A stretch of DNA of 64,000 nt from Bacteroidota bacterium. GTDB lineage: Bacteria; Bacteroidota; Rhodothermia; Rhodothermales; UBA10348. Of this stretch, positions 50,202-59,599 are shown one piece after another. The notes under the pieces are model-generated. The model did no database searches, was not told the DNA's origin, and saw only the letters and a program-made list of their open reading frames with translations. Positions within the stretch are counted from its first letter, which is position 1; each line of letters starts with the position of its first letter. The stretch is from NCBI GenBank assembly GCA_029262855.1, contig JAJCYP010000115.1, forward strand, positions 119-64,118. Reading direction: 5' to 3'. Made by a program: the position numbers and the translations under genes.

Positions 50202-51029
50202 GTGTTGCGTCTAACACGGGCGATTGAGATCGTGGTGCTCGGGTCGGTACTTCTGGTACCGACCCGAGCTTTCGCTCGTCAGGCCCCAGGCCCGGCAGCG
50301 AGTACGCCATCTGGGATGGCGCACATCGCGGAGGGGCAGTACGCGGCACTCTACCGAAGTCCCAATGAGTCGGACACCGTAAGCGTCGAGTCCTTCTATC
50401 TCGATCGCGATCCAGTGACGAACGGCGAGTACCTCGCGTTTGTGCGCGAGAATCCGAAATGGCGTCGCTCCAGCGTCCCGCGCCTTTTCGCGAGCGAGGG
50501 TTATCTGCGTCACTGGGCCTCTGACCTTACCCTGGGCCGAGCCCGGCCCGACCAACCGGTCACCAACGTGTCCTGGTTCGCCGCCCAAGCCTATGCCCGG
50601 TGGAGGGGAAATCGCCTCCCCACCGTTGCCGAATGGGAGTTTGTAGCCAGCGCGAGTGTCACCTCCCCGAATGGCCGTTCCGATCCGGAGTTTTTGGCCG
50701 AGGTCCTGGCGATGACTACGAAGTCGACACCCTCCACCCTTGGGGTTGTGGCTTCTTCCGCACCCAACTACTGGGGAGTGAGAGATCTTCACGGCCTGGT
50801 CTGGGAATGGACGGCCGACTTCAATTCCGCGTTGGTAACCGGGGAGTCGCGAGGAGACGCCGGGCTCGAACGCAAACTCTTCTGCGGCGCCGGCGTGATC
50901 GGGGCTTCGGACTTTACCGACTACGCTGCGTTCCTGCGGTTCTCCTACCGAGGTGGACTTTCTGCTGCCTACACGGGCGCAATCCTGGGCTTCAGGACGG
51001 CCCGCTCCGTGCCGCCTCTTTCGCTATGA
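50202..51029 (+). CDS. FGE-sulfatase domain protein (NirV-like)
   Basis: PVTNGEY..FV, PVTNVSWF.A.AY, RLPTVAEWE, PNYWG..DLHG.VWEW, GFR; directly after nirK. Confidence 0.85.
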   Translation: MLRLTRAIEIVVLGSVLLVPTRAFARQAPGPAASTPSGMAHIAEGQYAALYRSPNESDTVSVESFYLDRDPVTNGEYLAFVRENPKWRRSSVPRLFASEGYLRHWASDLTLGRARPDQPVTNVSWFAAQAYARWRGNRLPTVAEWEFVASASVTSPNGRSDPEFLAEVLAMTTKSTPSTLGVVASSAPNYWGVRDLHGLVWEWTADFNSALVTGESRGDAGLERKLFCGAGVIGASDFTDYAAFLRFSYRGGLSAAYTGAILGFRTARSVPPLSL

Positions 51030-51664
51030 CCCGACTCATCCCGATTTTTCTACTGACGCTGGTGGCGTGCGCGCAGCCGGACTCCGATGCACAGCCGGAT
51101 CCCGAAATGGAGGCCATGCCAGGCGTGGACCACTCGGTTCACGCGGCCCAGCCGGCACCCGAACCCGGGCAGCCAGCGTTGGGAGACCTCTCTCTCTATC
51201 AACTCGAATCCGCCTGGACGGATCAGAACGGGCAGAGCCGCTCGCTCGTCTCGCTGGCAGGACAACCGCAGCTGGTGGCCATGACCTATACCTCCTGCCA
51301 GGTATCCTGTCCGGTCATTGTCGCCGACCTGAAGCGGATCGAGGCGGCGCTCGACCAGAAATCCGTGGCGGCCGGCATTGTCCTGTTCTCACTGGATCCC
51401 ACCCGCGACACGCCGGAGAAGCTGGCCGCGTACGCGCTTGAGCAGGGGCTATCGTCCAGATGGACCCTCTTGCGCGCACCCGACGACCAGGTTCGCGAGA
51501 TGGCCGCCCTCCTGGGCGTCCGGTACATCCGCTCCCAGGACGGCGAGTACGCCCATTCGAACATGATCTCGGTGCTGGACGAAGAGGGTGCCCTGGCCTT
51601 CCAACAGAAGGGGCTTGGACCCGATCTCGTCACATCGACCGTTGACTTCTTGACCGGTCGATAG
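51026..51664 (+). CDS. SCO family copper chaperone, lipoprotein
   Basis: LVAC lipobox, YTSCQVSCP (CxxxC), SLDP.RDT, HSN; ATGA overlap with the upstream gene. Confidence 0.9.
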   Translation: MTRLIPIFLLTLVACAQPDSDAQPDPEMEAMPGVDHSVHAAQPAPEPGQPALGDLSLYQLESAWTDQNGQSRSLVSLAGQPQLVAMTYTSCQVSCPVIVADLKRIEAALDQKSVAAGIVLFSLDPTRDTPEKLAAYALEQGLSSRWTLLRAPDDQVREMAALLGVRYIRSQDGEYAHSNMISVLDEEGALAFQQKGLGPDLVTSTVDFLTGR

Positions 51665-51687
51665 ACCAGTCCAACACCCTTTGTCCC

Positions 51688-52890
51688 ATGCGCCTTCTTT
51701 CGGTTCTACTCCTCTTCGGTTTCGCGCTTCCGGTCTCGAGTTCCGCCCAGGAAGCCACAGACCTTCTCCAGGCCTTCCGATCCGGAACACCCGTTGTGGA
51801 TTTTCGACTCCGGGGCGAGCAGGTTGAATCTGATGCCCTCGACGACGCGGCCCAGGCTCTTACCCTGAGGACGATCCTGGGCTACCGTACCGCCGGACTC
51901 CAGGGTCTGAGCCTCTACCTGGAGGCGGAAGCCGTCAGCGCCCCCTTGGGAGATGACCGCTATGCCAACGCCGGGGCCGGAGCCCTGAACAACGGAGTGA
52001 CCGGACGCCCTGTTATTGCCGACCCTGTCGGTACCCAGGTCAATCAGGCTTACCTCCGCCTGGATCGTGAACAGGGCCGGTTGACTGTTGGTAGGCAAGA
52101 GATCGTGCTGTCTGACGCCCGCTTTGTCGGAAATGTGGGCTGGCGGCAGAATCATCAGAGTTTCGATGCCGCACGAGTCGACCTGTCGGCCTCGAAGACT
52201 CTCAAGGGGACCTACGCCTTCATCTGGGAGGCTCAGCGAATCACAGGCCAGCAGGCCGCCATGCGATCGCACGTGGCAGAAGGCACGGTGACGATTGGCT
52301 CGCTTGGTAGCGTCACGGCCTTCGGCTTCCTGCTGGACTATCCCGATGCGGCGGCTCTCTCCACGTCAACACTGGGCGCCCGGTTCGTTGGCGACCGCCC
52401 CTTGTTTGATGGAGCGACGGGACAGTTCGAGGCGTCCTACGCCATGCAGACTGACGCCTACCAGAATCCGGCAGACCACCAGGCCGACTACCTCAATATC
52501 GCCGCACGGGTCAGCGGCAGCCATGTGGGCGTGTCTGTGGCCTACGAACTCCTGAGCGGATCTCCGGAGGACGGTGCCTTTGCAACACCCCTTGCCACCT
52601 TGCACAAATTCAACGGGTGGGCCGATCAGTTTCTGGGCACGCCCGTCAACGGCTTGACCGACTTCCAACTTGGTGTATCCGCGTCCATCAAGGGGGCGAA
52701 GCTGGCCGTGGTCTTTCACGACTTCTCTGCCGACTCGGGAGGCGATCACTATGGATCGGAAATTGATCTTCAGTTGACCTACGCCACCCAGGACAGGTTG
52801 GGCCTCGGCGTCAAGGCCGCCCGGTATATGGCCGACGATCGGGGCAGCTCGACCACCAAGCTCTGGCTCTGGACGAGCCTGGGATTATAA
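51688..52890 (+). CDS. Alginate export family outer-membrane beta-barrel
   Basis: Signal peptide, IADP..TQVNQAYL, GRQ.I...RFVGNVGWRQN.QSFD, PLATLHKFNGWAD.F, YGSEID. Confidence 0.8.
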   Translation: MRLLSVLLLFGFALPVSSSAQEATDLLQAFRSGTPVVDFRLRGEQVESDALDDAAQALTLRTILGYRTAGLQGLSLYLEAEAVSAPLGDDRYANAGAGALNNGVTGRPVIADPVGTQVNQAYLRLDREQGRLTVGRQEIVLSDARFVGNVGWRQNHQSFDAARVDLSASKTLKGTYAFIWEAQRITGQQAAMRSHVAEGTVTIGSLGSVTAFGFLLDYPDAAALSTSTLGARFVGDRPLFDGATGQFEASYAMQTDAYQNPADHQADYLNIAARVSGSHVGVSVAYELLSGSPEDGAFATPLATLHKFNGWADQFLGTPVNGLTDFQLGVSASIKGAKLAVVFHDFSADSGGDHYGSEIDLQLTYATQDRLGLGVKAARYMADDRGSSTTKLWLWTSLGL

Positions 52891-52953
52891 GTATGGCCCG
52901 GTGGCAGCCGGAATGCGTATGATGCGGTCGAACTTTCCCACCGCTCGACCCGC

Positions 52954-53619
52954 ATGATCGACCCGGCAACGCTCGCGTTCATTTCGGACCTCACGGCCAA
53001 CAACAACCGCGACTGGTTCAGCGCGCATCGCGCTCGCTACGAGGCTGCGCTGGCCAACGCGAAGGCCTTCGCCGACCGGGTGGTGTTTGAGATGAACCAG
53101 GGAGACGACATTGAGGACTACCGGATGTATCGCATCTACCGCGATGTCCGCTTCTCCAGGGACAAGACGCCCTACAATCCCCGGTTCGGTTTTTCTCTCA
53201 CGCGACGAAAGCCGCACTTGCGGGGCGGGTGCTTCGTTGATCTGGAGCCAACCGAAACCCGGGTTGTCGTCGGATTCTGGAGTCCCAACCGGGATGACAT
53301 GACGCGGATACGCGCCCACATCGACTCGGATGGAGATCGACTGCGGGAAGTGGTAGGGTCTCCGCAGATCCGCTCCATTCTTGGACCGCTGGTGGGCGAC
53401 GCCCTCAAGACAGCACCGCGCGGCTTCACGCAGGACCACCCCGACATCGACCTGTTGCGAATGAAGCAGTTTCTGTTCCGTACGTCATTCTCCACCGAGG
53501 AGACCCTGGCACCCGATTTCGTGGATGAGGTGGTGTTCACGCTCCGCTCCGTTCGCCCCTTCTTCGACCACATGGGCGAGGTCCTTGCACACGACGTGAA
53601 TGGGGTCCGCCTGTACTGA
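52954..53619 (+). CDS. DUF2461 family protein
   Basis: FISDL.ANNNRDWF..HR.RY, RIYRDVRFSRDKTPY, LKTAPRGF..DHP.IDLLR.K. Confidence 0.9.
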   Translation: MIDPATLAFISDLTANNNRDWFSAHRARYEAALANAKAFADRVVFEMNQGDDIEDYRMYRIYRDVRFSRDKTPYNPRFGFSLTRRKPHLRGGCFVDLEPTETRVVVGFWSPNRDDMTRIRAHIDSDGDRLREVVGSPQIRSILGPLVGDALKTAPRGFTQDHPDIDLLRMKQFLFRTSFSTEETLAPDFVDEVVFTLRSVRPFFDHMGEVLAHDVNGVRLY

Positions 53620-53645
53620 TTGGCGACTGCCGGCGATCCGGTTCG

Positions 53646-56600
53646 ATGTTTGTCAGACGGGAGGCTATCTCCCAACTGACGCCGATTCTTCGGCCGATCA
53701 ATCGCATGCGACCAAGCGTTTTCTTGAAGCCAAACCGGCTTTTTGTCCTTCTTTCGGCTGTTATGCTCGCTCAGCCGTCCCTCACTTCGGTGGCCCTTGC
53801 CCAAAGCGGCAGCGTGACCGTGGACCGGGTTGTCGTAATTTCGATAGACGGTTTGAGTTCCGAATTGATACAATCCGTCGATTCCGATGACCTTCCGGGA
53901 TTCTACCGTTTGATGAGCGAAGGAGCCTTCACGCTCAACGCCCGCGTCGATCCGGACGTCTCAGTGACCCTGCCGAATCACACGTCCATGATCACCGGCC
54001 GATTCGCCGCGGGAGACGGTGGTCACAACTGGTTTCAGAACGTGGACCCCAACCCGGGAGAGACGCTTCACCTGCAGAACGGGGCGTACGTGGCGAGCGT
54101 TTTCGATGGCGTTCACGACCGCGGTGGTCGCACGGGCCTCTTTACGACGAAGACCAAATTCTCTCTTTTCGACGAATCCTACGGCCCCCAGAACGGCGCG
54201 GCAGACGTCACCGGTACCGACGACGGGAGGGACAAGATCGACACCTTCGTTTTCCGGCGATCCTCAGCCTCATTGGTTGACGCGTTCCGAAGCTTCGATG
54301 GGGGACAAGGCTTCGAGTTCTCGCTGATTCACTTTTCCGAGCCCGACGTGGCAGGACATGCTCTCGGATGGAGCACATACTCGGTCTCTGGGTACGCCTA
54401 CGCCGTTCGTCTGGCCGACCACCTGGTTTCGGACGTCCTCGACTTCGTGAGCACAGACGCCGCGTACGCCGGACGCACGGCCGTCATTGTCACGGCCGAT
54501 CACGGAGGCCTTGGCTTCGAACACAGCACTCCGACCAGCCCATCAGTCTACACCATCCCCTTCTTTGTCTGGGGTGCCGGCGTTTCGCCCGCCGCGGACC
54601 TGTATCAGATGAACCCGGGCAGAACAGATCCGGGCGCTGGCTACGTAAGCAGAGTTGCCGCTGAATCGAGTCCACCGATCTTCAACGGAGACGCCGGCAA
54701 CCTTGCGCTCTCGTTGCTGGGCTACCCGGCTATTTCTGGCTCGACGGTGAACGCGGACCAGGACCTCAGTGCGGGAAGCAACGGCGGCGGTGATGATGGC
54801 GGATCCCAGACCGTTACGCTCACACTTCAGGATGGCGTCTCGCCATCCACGGCCTACCGCGGGACCATCGACACCAAGCTTCGCTCCGATGAGCCGCAGA
54901 TCCCGTTTGGCGGAGCGCCAATCCTGGAGGCCGACGGACTTCCGGCGTATCGCGTGCTTCTGGGGTGGGATCTCGCGGCCATCCCGCCCACGGCGGTCAT
55001 CCAGTCTGCGACCTTCAGCCTGAACGTGACGGATGTCTCGTCGGACACCTATGGCCTCTTCGCCATGAGCCGCAGCTGGTCTGAGTCGGAGGCTACCTGG
55101 CTTCGCGCCGATGGCGTGTCGAACTGGGACCAGGAGGGCGCATCCGGATCGGATCAGGATTATGACGTGCTGGCCTCGTTCAACCCCGGGGGACTGGGAC
55201 AGCTTTCCGTGCCTATGAATGCTGCCGGAATTGCAGCCGTACAGGAATGGACACGATATCCCTCGACCAACTTCGGATTCGTCCTCGGCAATATCTCGGG
55301 GGGTGCGGATGGGGTTGATTTCGCATCCAGGGAGTCGTCCCCAGCCACGTCCAGGCCCCGCCTCACTGTGGTGTACACGCTCGACTCCGGAGAGGCTACG
55401 AATCTCCCCCCGTTGGCATCTTTCAGCCTGACCCCGGACACGCCAGCCATTGGAGAGACCGTCTCCTTTGACGCCGGCGCGTCCACGGATCCAGACGGCT
55501 CCGTGGTCTCTTACGCGTGGGATTTTGGCGACGGGACCCAGTCAACCGGTGCACAGACCACACACGCCTATTCCAATGTCGGCCAGTACCCGGTTTCCCT
55601 GACCGTTACCGACAATGAGGGCTCCCAGGCCACCCTCCAGCAATCCGTTGTCGTACTTGGCGAGACGACAGTCCGCGTGGGCTTTCAGGATGGGATCAGT
55701 CCTTCTCCAGCCTATGCCGGGACGGCGGACACGAAGATGAGCGTGAATGACCAGAGCGCGAATTTTGGGGGCGTCGACAATATGGAAGTCGATGGGTCGC
55801 CCGACCTCGGCGTGCTCCTTCGCTGGGATATCTCCGATGTCCCTGCTGGGGTCACGGTGCTGTCGGCTTCGATTACGCTCTCCATGTTCGACTCCTCACC
55901 CGATACCTACGAGATTTACGGCCTGCTCCGACCATGGAACGAGCAGGAGGCCAACTGGCTCAGTGCCTCTGCCACGACACCCTGGGCAAAAGCAGGAGCC
56001 GAGGGCCTGGCAGATCATGACAACACCGTAGTTGGTCTGCTCCACTCCCTGTATACCGGCCGCAGGACCTTCCAGCTCAACGAGAACGGGATCGCGCTCG
56101 TTCAGGACTGGATCGATCGCTCTGAGGGCAATCATGGGTTGGTCATGAAGGACTACAACCAGTCCTCTGACGGGATCGACTTCTTCTCCCGTGAGGCCAC
56201 GGACCCGGCCCAGCGACCCCGCCTCGAAATCGAGTACACGGTCCAGCCCTCCGCCGGGCGTGTGTCCATCGTCTCTGACTCGGGCAGCCCGGTCTTGCTT
56301 CAGGTGGCCAATGCCGTCGGGTTTTCCGCGGACCCCGCCGCGCCAGTTCTGGCGCCCATAGCGGGCCGATATATCACCGCACCGACCCAGATTGATGCCC
56401 AGGCCTCGTTCTCTGATCGCGAGTACCGGGTCCTTACCGGAAGCAACACGCAGGCTCTACTCATGATGGAGGCTACCGACTCCCTTCGCGTGGACCGGAG
56501 CATGGGCTCCTTCGCCCTGGATCAGGTTCTGGAAGTTGACGGGAAGTCGTGGGGTGTCTTTCGAAGGACCATCGGCCGGGGTGCAACCGCCCTGGATATC

Positions 56601-56927
56601 CCGTCAGGCGGACGATTGTATGTGCCTGGAGAGAATGGATCAGCCACATCGACGGGGAGCGTTCCCGTGGACCGCCGAGTTGGGCTGGAGTCAGGACTGC
56701 GCGCGTATCCGAACCCATTCACCTCGGCACTTCAGGTAGAGTTTCCGGGCGGAGGTTCGGCGCGGGTGGATCTCGTGGATGTGTTGGGCCGGAAGCTGGC
56801 CACCATCCAGTTGGTGGACGGCCGAGCCGACGTCCCCACCGCTCAACTGGGATCGGGCACCTACGTTCTGCGGATGCAGCGCGCCGGTCGGCCTGATGAG
56901 TCCATTCTGGTAACCAAGGGATCCTGA
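53646..56927 (+). CDS. T9SS-secreted alkaline phosphatase/phosphodiesterase superfamily protein with DNRLRE-PKD-DNRLRE modules; start uncertain
   Basis: ISIDGL, SVTLPNHTSMITG, PDVAGH, TADHGG; two related ...QDG.SP..AY.GT.DT...WD...W.E..A.W...F.SRE...RP.L modules; PKD SYAWDFGDG; CTD AYPNPF...DVLGR...GTYVLR. Confidence 0.82.
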   Translation: MFVRREAISQLTPILRPINRMRPSVFLKPNRLFVLLSAVMLAQPSLTSVALAQSGSVTVDRVVVISIDGLSSELIQSVDSDDLPGFYRLMSEGAFTLNARVDPDVSVTLPNHTSMITGRFAAGDGGHNWFQNVDPNPGETLHLQNGAYVASVFDGVHDRGGRTGLFTTKTKFSLFDESYGPQNGAADVTGTDDGRDKIDTFVFRRSSASLVDAFRSFDGGQGFEFSLIHFSEPDVAGHALGWSTYSVSGYAYAVRLADHLVSDVLDFVSTDAAYAGRTAVIVTADHGGLGFEHSTPTSPSVYTIPFFVWGAGVSPAADLYQMNPGRTDPGAGYVSRVAAESSPPIFNGDAGNLALSLLGYPAISGSTVNADQDLSAGSNGGGDDGGSQTVTLTLQDGVSPSTAYRGTIDTKLRSDEPQIPFGGAPILEADGLPAYRVLLGWDLAAIPPTAVIQSATFSLNVTDVSSDTYGLFAMSRSWSESEATWLRADGVSNWDQEGASGSDQDYDVLASFNPGGLGQLSVPMNAAGIAAVQEWTRYPSTNFGFVLGNISGGADGVDFASRESSPATSRPRLTVVYTLDSGEATNLPPLASFSLTPDTPAIGETVSFDAGASTDPDGSVVSYAWDFGDGTQSTGAQTTHAYSNVGQYPVSLTVTDNEGSQATLQQSVVVLGETTVRVGFQDGISPSPAYAGTADTKMSVNDQSANFGGVDNMEVDGSPDLGVLLRWDISDVPAGVTVLSASITLSMFDSSPDTYEIYGLLRPWNEQEANWLSASATTPWAKAGAEGLADHDNTVVGLLHSLYTGRRTFQLNENGIALVQDWIDRSEGNHGLVMKDYNQSSDGIDFFSREATDPAQRPRLEIEYTVQPSAGRVSIVSDSGSPVLLQVANAVGFSADPAAPVLAPIAGRYITAPTQIDAQASFSDREYRVLTGSNTQALLMMEATDSLRVDRSMGSFALDQVLEVDGKSWGVFRRTIGRGATALDIPSGGRLYVPGENGSATSTGSVPVDRRVGLESGLRAYPNPFTSALQVEFPGGGSARVDLVDVLGRKLATIQLVDGRADVPTAQLGSGTYVLRMQRAGRPDESILVTKGS

Positions 56928-56930
56928 TGG

Positions 56931-56958
56931 CCGGCAGGCTCGAAACTCCGCCTGCCGG
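56931..56958. terminator. Hairpin between convergent genes (possible bidirectional terminator)
   Basis: CCGGCAGGC-N10-GCCTGCCGG, with no U-tract. Confidence 0.4.
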
Positions 56959-56969
56959 GGCGACCCGAG

Positions 56970-57833
56970 TCACTTGCCGAAGTTCTTGTACATCTCGGTT
57001 GGCGTTCCCACCAGCCGCGGATCGGGCGGACCAGCGACCTCGGCGTCCTTGAAGGCATAGGGCAATTCGTGCAACACGTGTCGAATCGTGTTCAGTCGGG
57101 CGCGCTTCTTCCCGTCCGATCGGACAATGGTCCACGGGGCATAGAGCCGGTGAGTCCGCTTCAGCATGGTGTTTTTGTAGGCAGTCACCTCATCCCACAT
57201 CCCCAACACCTCCTGGTCTACCGGACTGAGTTTCCATCGGCGCAGGGGATCATTGTCCCGTTTCTTGAAACGGCGGTACTGCTCTTCCCGGCTCACTGAA
57301 AACCAGAACTTGAAGAGGTGCGTACCGCTCTCAACCAGACTGCGCTCGACACCGTGCACCTGGTCCAGAAACTCCTTGTATTGGGGTTCGGTGCAGAACC
57401 CCATCACTGGCTCAATCACGGCGCGGTTGTACCAGGACCGATCGAACAGGACAATCTCACCGGCTGTCGGTAGCTGCTGGATGTAGCGCTGGAAATACCA
57501 CTGCCCCCGCTCAGTCTCGGTTGGGACCCCCAACGCGACAACGCGTGCCCCGCGCGGATTGATGTGCTCCATGAACCGCTTGATAGTCCCACCCTTCCCT
57601 GCAGCGTCCCTGCCCTCGAAGATCATGACCACCTTTTGGCCCGAATCCTTGACCCATTTCTGGAGCTTCAGGAGCTCGATCTGCAGGGTCCGCTTCTCCG
57701 CTTCGTACTGCTTGCGGCCCATCTTCGTACGGAAGGGATAGTCGGCGCCTATCAGGTCATTCGGTAATGCCGAGGCTACCTTTTCCTCGATCTCCGCGGG
57801 TACGAGATCTTTTAGTTTGCTTTCCGGGGTCAT
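56970..57833 (-). CDS. ppk2: Polyphosphate kinase 2
   Basis: FEGRDAAGKGGTIKR, QWYFQRY, FDRSWYNR, WKLSPVD. Confidence 0.96.
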   Translation of the reverse strand: MTPESKLKDLVPAEIEEKVASALPNDLIGADYPFRTKMGRKQYEAEKRTLQIELLKLQKWVKDSGQKVVMIFEGRDAAGKGGTIKRFMEHINPRGARVVALGVPTETERGQWYFQRYIQQLPTAGEIVLFDRSWYNRAVIEPVMGFCTEPQYKEFLDQVHGVERSLVESGTHLFKFWFSVSREEQYRRFKKRDNDPLRRWKLSPVDQEVLGMWDEVTAYKNTMLKRTHRLYAPWTIVRSDGKKRARLNTIRHVLHELPYAFKDAEVAGPPDPRLVGTPTEMYKNFGK

Positions 57834-57991
57834 GGGCGCTCGGGGGCTGGCGAATACTCGGGAAATCTTGGTCGGGACAAACTACTGCAGCCGTTTGAGG
57901 ATTCTTTCCCTCGTGCCTAAGTAGTCATGCCCCATTGGGGTTTGGCCCTGCTCTTCCTGTAGCTTCGCGAAGACACCTTCGCAAACTGACT

Positions 57992-58969
57992 ATGCCTGAA
58001 ATCGAGAACGGTCTGATCGTCGCGTTCCGCCTGGACGGTAAAGGTGGGGGTACCCGGACAGACTGGTCGGGAGTCCACGCCTGGGAACCCGGGTCGGAAG
58101 TCTTGTGGATCCACCTTGACTATGCCGATCCGGCAGCCGAACGTTGGCTGCTCGAGGAAAGCGGCCTCGAGGCCACGGTCGCGCAGGCCCTGCTTGCCGA
58201 GGAGACGCGTCCTCGCAGCCTCTCAGTGCAGGGGGGGCTCCTGGTGATCCTCCGGGGAGCCAACTTCAACTCGGGGGCCGAACCCGAGGACATGCTGGCC
58301 ATCCGCGTGTGGCTGGCAGGGAATCGGATCATCACCACCCGGCACCGGCCACTCCGGACGATCGACGCCATCAAGGATGCACTGCTTGCCAGCAAGGGCC
58401 CTACCGATCCGGGCGACTTCCTGGTGCGCCTTGTGGACGGACTCACGACTCGGATGGGTACGGTCCTGACGGATCTCAGCGATGAGATCGATGCCCTGGA
58501 GGACGACGTCATCAGCGCAGAGAGTTACGAACTGAGGATCAAGATCGGTGCATTCCGGCGGAGTGCGATTCGGTTTCGCCGGTATCTGGCTCCTCAGAAG
58601 GACACCATCCTGCATCTGCAAAATGAACGCGTCAACTGGCTGACCGACGAGCAGCGCGCCGTGTTGAGAGAGATTGGCGACCGGACTCTTCGATTCCTGG
58701 AAGATCTCGATTCCGCAAGGGATCGCGCCGCCGTGGCTCAGGATGAGCTCAATGGGCGCCTGTCAGACAGCATGAACAAGACGATGTATGTCCTGTCCAT
58801 CGTGGCGGGCATATTTCTGCCATTGGGGCTGCTGACCGGCCTTCTGGGAATCAACGTCGGTGGAATGCCGGGCGTGGAGAGCCCCTGGGCCTTCGCCATT
58901 GTCTGCATCATCCTGGTTGCCACGGCCATTTTTCTGACGTGGTTCTTCAAGAAGAAAGGCTGGATCTAG
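57992..58969 (+). CDS. zntB: CorA-superfamily zinc transporter ZntB
   Basis: WIHLD, ETRPR, LRG.N.N.GAEPEDM, RRYLAPQ, FLPL..LTGLLGINVGG (GIN motif); start taken at MPEIEN. Confidence 0.85.
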   Translation: MPEIENGLIVAFRLDGKGGGTRTDWSGVHAWEPGSEVLWIHLDYADPAAERWLLEESGLEATVAQALLAEETRPRSLSVQGGLLVILRGANFNSGAEPEDMLAIRVWLAGNRIITTRHRPLRTIDAIKDALLASKGPTDPGDFLVRLVDGLTTRMGTVLTDLSDEIDALEDDVISAESYELRIKIGAFRRSAIRFRRYLAPQKDTILHLQNERVNWLTDEQRAVLREIGDRTLRFLEDLDSARDRAAVAQDELNGRLSDSMNKTMYVLSIVAGIFLPLGLLTGLLGINVGGMPGVESPWAFAIVCIILVATAIFLTWFFKKKGWI

Positions 58970-59088
58970 ATCTGGAGCATACCGCCAGGGTTAAGCTTCA
59001 GGAATTGACTCCGAAACCTAAGTGGCCATGGCCCCTCGCGCGCTCGTTTCGCGTGTGCGGGCCTTCAAATTCGCTAATCAAAGGCGCC

Positions 59089-59553
59089 ATGTCCGACGTA
59101 ATGCCACAGCAAGGCGATTTCGCCCACCCGCTCCAGTCCGTACTGGATGCCATGGGGAGTGACCCCAGCTTTGACCGCGAACGTAGACGCATCAGAGAGT
59201 ACATATCCAAGAGTTCCGTCGTCATGTCCGGGACGGAGCCCGATCGGCCCGAAAACCAGGCTGTCCGCATCGACGAAATCAGGAAGCAGGTCCGGGCCGA
59301 AGTCGCCCAGATCCAGATGGCGGCACCGCTATCGGATCGGGATAGGGAATGGCTTCAACTGACCACCGAACTGCTGCGTGTTCTGACCGGTCCCGGGAAT
59401 GTCGCTGAACACATCCATTCCGAGCAAGGAGCATTCTTCAGCGCGCTGCTCAAAGGGGCCTTCGCGCGGCTGGCTCCCGACGAGTTGGTGGAGAACTTGG
59501 TTCGGGAGAGGGAGGCGCTAGCGGCTTCCCGTGAGAACCTGGAACAGGCGTGA
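59089..59553 (+). CDS. Hypothetical protein
   Basis: The only substantial ORF in the gap, with helical protein-like composition, followed by hairpin GCCTGGG-GATCAA-CCCAGGC (59555-59574); no family recognised. Confidence 0.55.
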   Translation: MSDVMPQQGDFAHPLQSVLDAMGSDPSFDRERRRIREYISKSSVVMSGTEPDRPENQAVRIDEIRKQVRAEVAQIQMAAPLSDRDREWLQLTTELLRVLTGPGNVAEHIHSEQGAFFSALLKGAFARLAPDELVENLVREREALAASRENLEQA

Positions 59554-59599
59554 CGCCTGGGGATCAACCCAGGCAGGCTCCCGCTCCCCCAGCGGACTG

